A stretch of 64,000 nt of DNA, from contig NW_026262690.1 of assembly GCF_021869535.1 (NCBI RefSeq), positions 38,688,001-38,752,000 on the forward strand, in the 5' to 3' direction. Numbering within the stretch: the stretch's first letter is position 1; the number at the start of each line of letters is the position of its first letter. This stretch comes from Mytilus californianus. Its lineage: Eukaryota. The translations under genes and the position numbers were made by a program. Below are positions 12,717-25,900 of the stretch, in pieces. The notes below the pieces were generated by a model. That model was not told the DNA's origin and did not search any database. It saw only the letters and a list, made by a program, of their open reading frames with translations.

Positions 12717-14772
12717 TATATATTTATATATATAATTACCTTTAGTCATCTTTGGCCTGTGACATAAATGGAAGCCAGCAATTAATATCCTATCATTTGT
12801 TGATAGTTCATTCAACATATCATCTGATCATCTCTTGTTAATATGCCTCAGGGTCAAAATCTCCAAGTTGCATAATGTCAGATACAATATACACCAGAAA
12901 TCGATTATTTAATAACGTTCGATAAACTCTGAATTTATACCACTTACAATAGTAATAAAAGTAAAAAAAAACGTAATTTTCATTCATGTCATTTTTGAAG
13001 CACAGGATTTTGATCTCTTCAACGGGGGACATAGGAGACCCCTGAAAACGAGATTATTGTCCTCCCAATGGAAGGTTCACATGTATGTATAAAAGGCCTC
13101 GAACTAATAATAACAGATGTAAAACAATTCAAACGAGAAAAATAACGACCTGATTTATGTACATGTACAAAACAATAAACAACAAGAGTGTATACGCTGA
13201 AATGACTTTATAAAAATAAGGAGATGTGGTATGATTGCCAACGAGACAACTATCCACCAAAGTTCAAATAAAGTGGATGTAAGCAATTATAGGCATCCGT
13301 ACAGCCTTCCACAATGAGAAATACCCATACCGTAAAGTCGGCTATAAAAGGCCCAGACATGAAAATATGAAACAATTCATCTGAGAAAACAAATGGCCTA
13401 ATTTATAACTAAACAATTTACGAAAAAAACAAATATGACAGACATCAACCAACGACAACCACTGAACTACAAGCTCCTAACTTGGGACAGGAACATAAAG
13501 AATGTGGTGGGGTTAAACATGTTTTTAAGTGTTCAACCCCCCCATCCTAATCTGGGACAGTGGTGTAACAACACAACATAAGAACAAGCTGTAAAAATTA
13601 GTTGAAAAAGGCTTAACTCATCAGATCGATACAAAGAAAAACATCAAACTGCTTTACTTATGATTGAATTTATGTTGAAAGTCTGTAATATTAAGCTTCT
13701 ACAACAAGTATAGGGAAGAGAAACTTAACTTTATCAATGTTGGTCAAGGTCATTTGAACCATACCAGACAGACATGAACACCTTACAATCATTCCATACA
13801 TGTACACCAAATATAGTGGTCCTATCGTTTATAGTTTCTAGTAAACAGATCAAACCACAAAATCTTAATATTGAACAATAAACCACGAAAATTAGGTCAA
13901 GGTAATATGAACCCTGCAAGACTAACATGTACACCTTACAATCATTCCATACACCTAATATAATTGACCTATTGCTTATAGTATCTTAGAAATAGATCAA
14001 GCTACAAAAACTAAATATTGTCCACTGAACCATAAAAATGAGGTCAAGGTCAGATGAAACCTGCCAGTCAAACCTGTACACCTAAAAATCATTCCAAACA
14101 CCATGCTTATAGTATCTTAGGTGGCACTCCACAGTTAGAAAATAAAATTAAAATTGAAACCACAAAATGTTTAATCGTCTTCTATTCCTGGCTTTCTTAT
14201 ACATTAAGCCACTGTTTGTGTCATACATGTGCATATGTTTGTAATCAGTATCTTCCATAGGATAATTATTTTTTTGTGTATCCATGACAACATTCTGCAT
14301 TTATTCACCTTAAAATATTGAAAAAAAGGGGGATGTAAATGTCACATATTCCCCCAAAACTTGGTTCAAACTAGAATTTCAATCCCTTTGAGTGATACAT
14401 TTTCTGAAACTATTGACATTAATCTACCAAATGATCAAATGAAAATTGGGTGTCTTTCGCCTCATTTTTTCGTAAAATTTAATCACAAAGTTCATGTGAC
14501 AAAAAGTTGGAAAAAAACATTACAATAATAACCGGACCAATGTCTGGTATGGATATGAAAATACGGACTATCATACAGAAAACAGCCCATAAAACATATG
14601 TTACAGAATCTTGATGTTCCTATAAACCCACTATAAAGGCTATATTAATCTTCAGCTATCCAAAAATGAATTTTATTGCACACTATCTTTCATCTTTGAA
14701 AAATCCACAGCGGCCAAAATGCACACCTACATGTAACTGTGGAGTGCTACCTTAGAAAAAGACCAAACCACA

Positions 14773-15842
14773 ACAAGAGTGCACACGCTGAAATGTCTCG
14801 CCTTCTTTACTAACCATTGATATTATGTTGATAGTCCTAAATATAAAGCTTTTCAACAACTATCACATCAATTTAACATGATCCAAGAAAATGAGGTCAA
14901 GGTCAGATAAACCAAACTGGAAATACATGTACACCTTACATTTTGCCTTACAATCATTCCATACACCAAATATGCTTTAAATATAGTTGACCTATTGCAC
15001 ATCTAAGAAACAAACTTAACCAGGAAAACTTAACATTGATCAATGAACCATGAAAATGAGGCCAAGGTCAGATAAACCCTGCCAGACAGACATGTACACC
15101 TTACAATCATTATATACTTTAAATATAGTTGACCTTTTGCATATACATTGTAGTATCTAAGAAACAAACTAAACCAGGAAAACTTAAGATTGACCAATGA
15201 ACCATGAAAATGAGGTCATGGTCAAATAAAACATGCCAGACTGACATGTACATCGTTAAATATTCTCAAACACCAAATATAGTTGACCTATTGCATACAG
15301 TATTAGAACAACAGACCAAAACACAAAAACTTAACTATAACCACTGAACCATGAAAATGAGGTCAAGGTCAGATGACACCTGCCAGTTGGACATGTACAC
15401 AATACAATCATTCCATACACCAAATATAGTAGACCTATTGCTAATAGTATCTGAGATATGGACTTAACCTTGTTCACTGATCCATGAAATGACGTCAAGG
15501 TCATGATCAAGTGAAAACTGTCTGACGGGCATTAGGACCTTCCAAGGTACGCACATACCAAATATAGTTATCTTATTACTAATAATAAGAGAGAAATTAA
15601 GAATACTAAAAATCTTAACTTTTTTTTCAAGTAGTCACTGAACCATGAAAATGAGGTCAAGGACAATGGACATATGACAGACAGAAACTTCATAACATAA
15701 GGCTTCTATATATAAAGTATGAAGGATCCAGGTCTTCTACCTTCTGAAATATAAAGCTTTTAAGAGTTTAGCTAAAGCTGCCGTCGGATCACTATCCCTA
15801 TGTCAAGCTTTTTGCAACAGAAGTCGCAGGCTCGACAAAAAC
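14773..15842 (-). mobile_element. HINE-like element with aaccatgaaaatgaggtcaagg tandem core
   Basis: Multiple ~150-190-bp units; terminal acaagagtgcacacgctgaaatgtctcgcc and gtcgcaggctcgacaaaa; related fragment 13680-14110. Confidence 0.6.
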
Positions 15843-17689
15843 TAAATATTGTCCAATGAACCATGAAATTGAGGTTAAGGACAGACCCAGCCAAACTTAA
15901 ATTGTTTTAACAGGTCAGGAGGTCAAGTAACAAATATTTATTACTGGACCTTTATTGCTGTGACAGGACCTACTTATTATCACCGGTGATCAGGGCGAAG
16001 CGCTGCGAACTTGCTAGGTGGGTCTGGGGGCATGCCCCCCCCCATAAAATTTTTGAAAAATTAGATGCAAAATCCTGCATTCTGAGTGCTTTGACTATGA
16101 TAAATGAAGTAACCAAAACTACTATCTCGTACTAATTTTTTGCATGTTTAATCACATTGAATAAAACTTCATTTTTTAAGACTTTATCTTAATTTATTCC
16201 TCTTTGGCATAATCTAGTATTTTATTTGAGTTCATGGATTCATCCTGTACTTTCATCATCGGCCTTCCGTTTTTGACAAGGCACGTCCCCATCATAAAAA
16301 CGGAGGAAACTCATGTTATTGTTTACATGCGTAATGAACCGGGGAAAAAAGAAATGCCGTAAACTGACGCAGCAGACATGACAATCGAGATACAAAATCT
16401 TCAAAATATTCAAATTGAAAGGGTTTTAGCAGTAGGGGACAAGCCAGTGAGCCTTAAAATCGTCTTATATTATAAAAAAAGAAGTCACATTAGAAATGCT
16501 GATTTTCAGGGAATGCATAAAAATAGTTGACCAGAAAATCTCGCAGCGTGTCAATGGAAGCGTGATTTCATTGGCTGCTTTTTATATTATTGCATTCTGA
16601 TTGGGTTACTATTTGTGTTGCCCATATATCTCTATAAATATGACTAGGGTATTTCCCCGATCCTGAATGATACAAGGACAATTGTTTTTTATTGATGTCG
16701 GGAGGAAAACAATATTTTGTGTTTGAAATACATGTAGCAGCACATTTTTCCCAATTTTAATACTGCATGCTACAAAAAATGTACAGGACAGGAGGTCCTG
16801 TAGTTCACAGGATGGTGGCGCACCTTCAAGTTTTTTACAGGTCATGACCTGCGGTCCGACGATGTTTGGGTTGGTCTGTAAGGACAGATGAAACTTGCCA
16901 CAATGATTTTGCCTCCAATTCTGAAAATATTTCCTCTTCTTCCAAAACTTACTGAAAACACTGCCAAACTTTTAATAAGGCTGCAAACATGATTTTGGAC
17001 GAACGTAAATGGGAGCGAAAGTAATTTTTGGTGAACAGACCCAGATTCAAATATCTTGATAACATTAAGAGCAAGTAGATATATCACATATATACAACAT
17101 GATATATGCTAATTTTAGACTTTAGCAGAGCGTTTCATGTAGTACCACACATGCACCACTTACGGAAACTAGAGCATTACGGAATAATAGGCAAAATACC
17201 TGAAAGGATCAAGGGTTGGTTCAAGCAACGTCAACAGCATGTAGAGCTGTGAGGTCGCCAATGCGATTATCGTAACGTAATGATTTCCTTGCGACGGCAA
17301 AAATATCGGATTTTACCCAAGTTCAATTGCTTTGAAAAAGGTGAAAAATATATTGTATGAGCAAACAATTGATATGTAATTAAAGTTCAGACATTTATCT
17401 TTCTAAATATATAAGTTTTATGGGTATTGCAGTGATTTGGTTCGATAAAAAAAATGTTTGAAGTGGAGTTGTTTTGAAAAAAATGGCCGCCGGAAAAACT
17501 ATGTGTCAAAGGTACTACTGATTTTGAAATTCATTCCGCAAGCTATTACTCGTCAGATTTTCTTCATTGATGGCTTAAAATTTTGGAAATATATTCAAGT
17601 TTTATGATCCGGTTGTCAGTCATACTTAACGGTCGATTTTCAGTATAGATATGAAAAATCTTTGAAATAGATGTGAAAAAAAAATCGTT

Positions 17690-18014
17690 TACGACTTTGT
17701 AAACACCACTGACACTCGGATTCATAAATTCCAGAACTCTCTCCTTCCACACGTATCCATGGTTTCACATGGAAAACAATAGCGGCTTGCGGAATTGATT
17801 GGATATTTGTATGAGCAGGGCGTGGTTTTCACGCAAAAAATCTGCGAAAAGAGTTATCTGTTCTTGACTTCCGGAAGTGACGTATCCGCCATTGTGTCTA
17901 ACATGAAACATGAAACTTGTAACAAAATGACTTTTACCGACTATTTTTTGGACGGACTGCTTACTGAGAGGACAGACAACGTTGGAAATAGGCCACGGAG
18001 GCCAATCACGTAAG
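17690..18014. promoter_or_regulatory. Putative bidirectional promoter and non-coding first exon of PPOX
   Basis: CpG-richer island; ATTGG 17798, palindromic double ETS ACTTCCGGAAGT 17867-17878, TGACGTA, YY1-like CCGCCATT 17886; strong donor AAG|GTAAGT at 18014/18015; matching acceptor before the PPOX ATG exon at 22778-22779. Confidence 0.6.
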
Positions 18015-20148
18015 GTAAGTACCTTTATTATATCTTATATTAGCAAATTTGCCATATTTCAGGGAGGGGAATTCCTTGTTTCATAAAAGTCAACAAAAAT
18101 AACTTTAAATTATTTCCAGGATGTATTTTTTTGTTTAAATACATTAAACTTATAAATTGAAAGGGACTTTCTACCAGCAATTTTTTTTAAACGCTCCCCA
18201 TGGCCTTTTTATCAAGCTATGAATATGTAATGAGGTAAATTCTCCTAACGTTGGAATGTGATCCATTCGGAATTTCTCGGGTTTTATTCATTGATAATAC
18301 TCGGATTTTTCGGTGCTTTACATTGCAGTTGATTATAGTTGGTATAATTTGAACACATTACATTTGTTTTTTTCATTTTGAGACAGGAATATGTTGTTTA
18401 AACCATAGATTAGTATATTACCAACTATATATTTATTCTAAACTTATGGATTAGGCATAATGAACTAAAATTTTCTTTTTCAAAAATGCTTTCTGTCAAA
18501 AATGTATACATATGACAGTTTGGAAGAATAATTTGCACACTTTTATACATTACATTAAAAATTTATATTTATGATTTTTCAACAGTAGCATGAGTATGTT
18601 ATTTTAACTAATTGGTCATAATAAACAATATTGTAGATGTTTTCTTAAATATGCACACTGTTTATAAAGAATTTTAGTTGATATTTGCATCTTTCATTTA
18701 TATTTATATTCAAACTTTTGATTTTATTCCTTGACTTTTGAATTTAATAATTGTCACTTTTACTTTATTATGTAATTTAATATTGATGCCTATTAACTGA
18801 CAGTTAAGTTATTAACAGAATTGCAGATGCTGTGGTTACTTATAACACATGTACCTTATGACTATCTACAAATATGATCAGGATTAAAAATCTGTTTTCC
18901 TCTGAACAATTTTTGTATTAAAATAATAAAAATTCAGATTATTTGAAATTTGATTGAATTTGTTAGTCTATTATACAATAAAGTTTTGTTGTGTTTATAG
19001 GAATGATACTGTCTGTCCATCCATCTGCCTGAAAGGATCTTCTCCCAGTTAGACAGTCTCATCAGAGTCATGTGGAGAGTCACTATACCAACGCCCTGGA
19101 GGGAAATACCAATATTGGACTCAAAACCCATACAGTGAATTGGTTAGAAAGAATGGATGAAGCACATCCTGAACATGTATGTGTATGTGTATGATTTGAA
19201 TTTAATATTATATAATTCTACAGCTCAGCTAAATAAATTTCTTCTGCACAATGTTTTAAATTTTAAAAAAAATAATTTATACAATGCTTAAAGATAGTGC
19301 TATAATACCACCAGTCAAACCATTTAATAGAAGTAAAATAAAGGGTTCTCTATAGGGAATCACAGTTAAAAAGCATCTTAATATGTTCCTGATGAAGGTA
19401 AATCCAGAAAAGCACTTTGGACGCACAAAATTTATAACATGTTGTTTTCATTTTTTTCCAAACTACAAAAAATAAGAAATTTTTTGAAGAAGCATAGTGA
19501 ACAGATTCAGAAATATAATATGATACGGGAAAAAAAGAATTAAATACAGTGTAAAAATGAGCAACGATATCTCCACAAACAAAGTTATTACTGGGACACA
19601 CATGTATATGAGTTGACCTTAATAAATTTCTTCATTCTGTTTAAGATTTAGAACTTACTTTTAACAGTCTAGATTTATTTTGATTAACTTAAGGTTTTCC
19701 ACTAGGACAGGGCACACTCTAGGGAACAACGACATGGAGAGGCGCCCCTGGATCCAGCTTTTATTGTGGTAAGACGAGTAGACCACAGATTTTGTCGAGA
19801 GGCTGATGTGAAGGAGTTTTAGTACACAGGGCATGATGCAGATACAGGGTTGTCATATATTGCATACGACTTTGAGAAGGGGGTGATGTCAATGACAGCA
19901 ACAGCAATGTTTTCAAGAAGCCTACTATATATAGAGGAATACCAGAATGGAGATGTGTAGATTTTATTATAGACAAACTATTTTTCAGCAAGATTAATTA
20001 TTGTTTTCTTGTCTTTCAGCACTAATTCTTTTAGTTTTCTTTTAGTTTCTTAACCTATTTTTCTTCTTTTGTAGAAATTTATCCAGGGTACTAATTATCA
20101 TATTGTAATGATTTATTTGTAGAATGGTTGCAGCAAATTGATTTGACC

Positions 20149-20634
20149 TTTATTAGGGCCCCGCCGAATGGTGGACGCCATATAGTGATTAGTCCGTCCG
20201 TCTGTCCGTCCGTCCTTAACAAATTGTGTCCGCTCTATATCCAGAGAACTGTTATGATTTCAAAGTTTATACTTGACATGTATATTAACCAACACCAGAG
20301 GGTGTGTCATAATGTATGTACATCTCTCTAGGTCAAAGGTCAAGGTCAAAACTTTGGTTTTAGTTGACAACCCCATGTCCTATGGTAAAGATCGTGTCCG
20401 CTCTATATCTTGAGAACCATTATGATTTCAAAGTTTATACTTGATATGTGTATAAAAAACAACACCAGAGGGTGTGTCATAATTTATGTACAACTTCTTA
20501 GGTCAAAGGTCAAGGTCAAAAACTTTGGTTTCAGTTGACAACCCCATGTCCAATGATAAAGATACAAATTTTTTACCACACATTATTCACAGCGGGGCCC
20601 ACAGAGATGGCTCCCATCTCAATGATATCTAGTT
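20149..20634 (+). mobile_element. HINE-like (Helentron-associated) element, complete
   Basis: T-rich start, subTIR gggccccgc/gcggggccc (20156, 20592), (GTCC)n, ~168-bp tandem units, 3' hairpin GAGATGG-ctc-CCATCTC (20604-20620), ends ctagtt. Confidence 0.75.
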
Positions 20635-22869
20635 GAGTTTTATTTGTTTATTTTGACATGGAGCATCTCTGATGACGGTAAATCCAGAAAAACCACTTTG
20701 TCAGCAGCCAATCTCAAAAATAAAAAGTCTTTTTTTTTCAGATTGCATGTAAACCGGATTTTATATGAATTGTAAGAAACTGCAGGTACTCTCAAGTTAA
20801 TTGAACAAATACAAAATATTTAATTTGTATAATGTACATATTGTCTATTGTAGATATGGTAAATTCTGGTGAAGAAACAGCTCGGACCTGAAAATATATA
20901 CTTTAGAACATTCAATAAACTTAGTCAAATGATGAATAGTTAATGTATCATTATTATAATGAATACCAAAACAGTTCAGATAGTCACTATTGCAAATCCC
21001 AATGGATTATTAGACTTAAAGACTGCATTGATCTTGGTCTTTATATATAATAAGTTCTCGACATATCCATTTTTTATAGGAATAACAGGTTTTTCGCAAA
21101 ATATTTACCAATTTTTTTGAATAATGAGAATATTTTAGTGTAAATAATACATTTTCCAAGAGAAAACATCATTATAGCAATGTCTGACTAAACAATGACT
21201 TAACTCTTAGAGTTTAAATGGATTATTTTTATTTTCTCGGTCAAAATTTGGGATTTTTCAAAATTACAGTTTTTTTTCATGCAGGTATAGGGCTAACCAA
21301 ATTCCATCTAGAATAAATATCAATCAGTCAAATACAATGAAATTAGGTTCATCTGAAAGCTAAGATTGTAAGCTTTAGTATGATACCAAACATGTGTAAA
21401 AATCTTCAATTTTCCGTTAAATTTTTGCATAACTGCGCAAATATTTGAAAAAATCCGTGATTTTCAAAATTGTCAAAACATTTCTTATTTTTGACCATTT
21501 TTTAAATTTGTATTGCATTAAATTCTATTTATATATGACAAAAAGGTGCTTTTACATGTAAAGTCACAGTAACAGTCACTAACTTCTGTGAAAAATTACT
21601 GTCAAATTATGAAATTAAGTTTTTGTGTAAATTTTAGTGTGTTTTTGGCGAAAAATAGCTCAAAAATTTACGTCAAAATGCTGATTTTCTAATTCAATTT
21701 TTTTTTATTAGCTTACAGAGCTTATTTTATTTGTGAAACAACTTAATACCAATACAAAACAAGTAGTAGAAAAAATTAGGGATTTTTTTCCAGCATTGTC
21801 TGACCAAAAATGTATTTTTTTCCCAAAAAAAACTACCTAAAAAAAGGGGGGCCTGCCGGCATGATTTTGAGTCGGCTAAAAAAAAATTCAGATATGTTGG
21901 CAATACAACTGTTAAAATATTTCTGTTGACTGTTTAGGTCTTTACATAACTGCAAACAACCAGACCTCTGCCTGCTTTCCATTTCAAGATATCAATGTCT
22001 TAACATAGCAGTTTATTCAAAGATGCCCTTGACACATAGCAAAAAAAAACTAAGTCGAAAGTTTTTTTTTACAAAGTTTGAGATATTGTAGTTTTCTTAA
22101 TATTGATGTTACAAAGGACTATAGTGGCTTAAATCAAAGCATAAAAGAGTCTTATTGCAATAATGCATATAGATTGCTTGCAGTTCCTAACCCATTTGAT
22201 ATATTTGGCCTGAAAAATAGCCCAAAATATGATATTTTTGCCTTCGCAAGGAAAACGGCCAAAATTTTGAAATCTAAATGGTCATAACTTTTGAACCGCT
22301 TGACCGATTCCCAAAATTTTGGCACCAATGAATTTCTTTTTTTATGCTCTTCCATAATAATGTAATTTTATGCACTTTCTCTATACTTCATATTTTGGCT
22401 GACCTCCTGAGTGAGTGAAAAGTGAGTGAGTGTAAGGTGCAACATCTAGAAAATATGCCTTTTAGAAATCAGGAGTACCTAAAGGAACATTTTAATGTTC
22501 ATTCGAGAAAAAGCCAGAATTGGTATCTTCGGCGAATACATTTTTTTTTGTACATACAGATTGATATTCCTTTTGTACATCAACGATATTACTATTATTA
22601 GAAACCCCATCCATGATCCAGACTCTCTAGCTCCCTTTTTCTCTTCTTCTGCAAAAGTTCAGCTATAAATTAAATAATAAATACCTATTGTTTCAACTTT
22701 CATATAATTGGAAAATAGACAATGTATCTGTATTCATATTACCACACACAGCTATATTTGAGATTGTTTTCATTCCAAGGAGACAGACAGTATCATATCT
22801 CCCGCCATACGTCAATAAACAGGAACATTGAAAGGGGAGATAACTTGAAATTCGACACATGTGAGAGGA

Positions 22870-22953
22870 ATGACTGCTGTTATTTTAGGTGGTGGTGTCA
22901 GTGGTTTAGCCTCGGCTTACTATCTTGTCAGAAACTCTAGTCCATTCCAAAGG
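22870..22953 (+). CDS. PPOX: PPOX coding exon 1
   Basis: [28 protein letters not shown]|gtttgt. Confidence 0.9.
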
Positions 22954-25900
22954 GTTTGTACAACTACATCTAACAAGATGCTTTGAATTTTTATCGCTTT
23001 ATCAGGTTCTTTAAACTTTTATTTGCAGTTGAGCCGAAAGATTTATATAATGAGGGTCCTGATGGGTTATTTTCGTTCTTCGTGATCGGCGCATTCTTCT
23101 TCTTCTTCTTCTTCCATATACTGCCCACATTCAACTTTCTGAATATACTGGCAAATTGGTTCTGCATGGTTAAAAACAGGATAAAAACAAATGTTCATCT
23201 TATTTTGTAAGGTTGGTCATTTGAGATTTGAATGTCTCAAATGACTGTGCTGTGGCGATCTCCGGGGGAAGCTTGTTCCAGTCTTTGGTGGTGTTCACAA
23301 AGAAGGACCATTTCCTGCAGTCTTTGGTTGCTGTTTGTACCATGTATCCATGCTGTTGTGTATGTCTGGATACTCTGGTTGGTCTCTGGAGGTACATGTC
23401 TTTGTTGATGGCTACTTTGTCGTTGACGATCTTGTACATCATTGCGAGCCTGGCCTCTCTGCGTCGTTCTTGGAGACTTTTCCAACCCAATTCATTAATC
23501 ATGTCCGTGACACTTGATCTGTTTCTGTGGCGCTTGGTGACGTATCGCGCAGCCCTCCTTTGAACTTTTTCAATTTGGTCAATATGTTTCTGATGATATG
23601 GGTCCCATACTGTTGTGGCATATTCTAGTTGGGGCCTTACTAGGGTTTTGTAAGCTTGCTCTTTGATGCTTTTAGAGCCGATGTGTAGATTTCTGTGGAG
23701 GAAACCAAGGCTTCTGCTGGCTTTGCTGGTAATGTTGTTGATGTGTTCTCCCCAGTCTAGTTCGCTTGTGATGGTGCAGCCCAGGTACTTAATTGATGTT
23801 TCATGTTTTAGTACATGATCATGTAATACATAGTCCCATTTGATTGGTTTTTTCTTTCTGGAGACAGTCAGTACGCTACACTTTTCTGGGTGAAACTCCA
23901 TCTTCCACTTTTCCTCCCATAGTGCCAGTTTATCAAGGTCTGACTGTAGGTGTCGGCAATCAGTATCTGAGGCGATGGTTAAGTAGACTACTGTGTCATC
24001 AGCAAAGAGACGAACTGTTGATTTTAGGTCATTCGCTAGGTCATTTATGTAAAACAAAAATAGACTAGGGTCTAGGACTGAACCTTGTGGAACTCCAGAT
24101 TCTACCTTTGCTCTGTCTGACTGTTCACCCTCAACTACTACTACTTGGGTTCTATTTGTCAGGAACGCTTCTATCCAGCTGTTGGTCTTTCCCCTGATTC
24201 CATAGTGATTGAGTTTATGTAGGAGCAGGCTATGGGATACCTTATCGAATGCTTTTGAGAAGTCTAGTATCAGTAGGTCAGACTGTTTTCCCAATTCAAG
24301 GTACTTCGTTAAGTCATCAATGCATTCTAAGAGTTGCGTCTCGCAGGATCGCTTACTTCGAAATCCATGTTGTAGTGGATAAAGGATGTTGTTTGCCTCT
24401 GCGTGTTTCATAATATGGCTGGTAACAATATGTTCGATGATCTTGCAGCAAATACATGTAAGAGATATTGGTCTGTAATTTGCTGGGATGTACTTTTGAC
24501 CCTTTTTATATGCTGGTGTGACTGTAGCTGTCCGCCAGTCATCTGGAACTTTGCCTGTCTCCATTGAAACATTAAATATGATGGTAAGTATGGGAGCGAT
24601 TTCGCTGGCAAGTTCTTTGAGTATCATTGGTCTGATGTTATCCGGTCCAGCGGCTTTGTGTGGGTTAAGGTTTCTCAATTGTTTTTCTACTCCGTTGATT
24701 GTGATAAGGATGTCTCTACAGTCAGGGTAATTTTCTGGTGAGTCGGACATATGATTTTGATTGTAGAATTCACTGTTGCTGATGTTGTTTGCTGTGGAAA
24801 ATACAGATTGAAATTGTTCATTTAATATGTTTGCTTTGTTGATTGGATCTGTTTCTAAGCTACCATTTTTTCTTAGAGGTGCCACTCCACTTTTATCACT
24901 TTTTCTGTGCTTGATGTATGTCCAAAATCTTTTAGAAGGGGCATGTGTTTCTTCAGGATTCTCTGGGGTGATGATACTTTCAATATACTTCCAATATGCT
25001 TGTCTTAGGCTTTTCTGTGCTGTCTTTTTTAGTTCTTTAAATCTTGCACAATCGTCAGGATGGTTTGATTTCTTTTTCTTTTTATATGCTCGGTCTTTTC
25101 GCCTTATGAGTGATTTTATTTCCCGTGTAATCCATGGGTTCTTATCTTTGGTCTTACAGGTTTTTGCTGGTATATGTTTGTTTGTACTTGTTTCAAGACC
25201 GTCTTTAAACATTTTCCATAGCATATTTATGTCTGGTCTATCCGTATTGCTTTCTTGTTGAATAGCGTTGTGTAGATGTTTCATATCTTCCTTCATGCTG
25301 TCCCATTTCGCCCTCTTGTAGAGAGGGATTTTTCGTTGTTTCTGTTTGTTTGTTACTGGGTTGATGTTCATTTCAGCATATACAATGTCATGGTCTGATA
25401 TTCCTGGTATGATATCTATTCTCATTATTTTGCATGGACGGTTAGTGATCAAGAGGTCCAGAGTGTTCTTGTTTCTTGTAGGCTCTTGCACTAGCTGTGT
25501 TAGTCCGTTGTCGTCAAGGATTTCTGCAAAATGGTAATGTTGTTCTGTGTGCTGTGTTCCTTGGTATAGACATTTGTTTGCCCAGTTCCATCCTGGCAAA
25601 TTGAAGTCCCCTCCGATCAATTGGCATGCATTTATTGCGTTGGTTCTTCTGACTGATGTTTCAAATGCTTGAAGACTTTCAACATCCGATGTTTTTGGGT
25701 TATAGTAGGCGCATATGTATAGATCTTTTGTGCCTTTCTGCTGTATCCGTGCCCAAATTATCTCGCAATCTGTGTCCAGTTCTGGTACCTCAGAGCTTAA
25801 ATATTTGTTGTTTATGGCTATTAGGACGCCTCCTCCGGTTTTATTTCCTTTCCTGTCTTTGCGATATATATTATATTCTTGTGGAAATATTTGGCTGTTC

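Noticed and set aside
11344-12830. Spliced 64-aa ORF joining the 12.74-kb donor to the 11460 acceptor
   Set aside because: Phase match may be chance; the upstream part is better explained as a hAT relic
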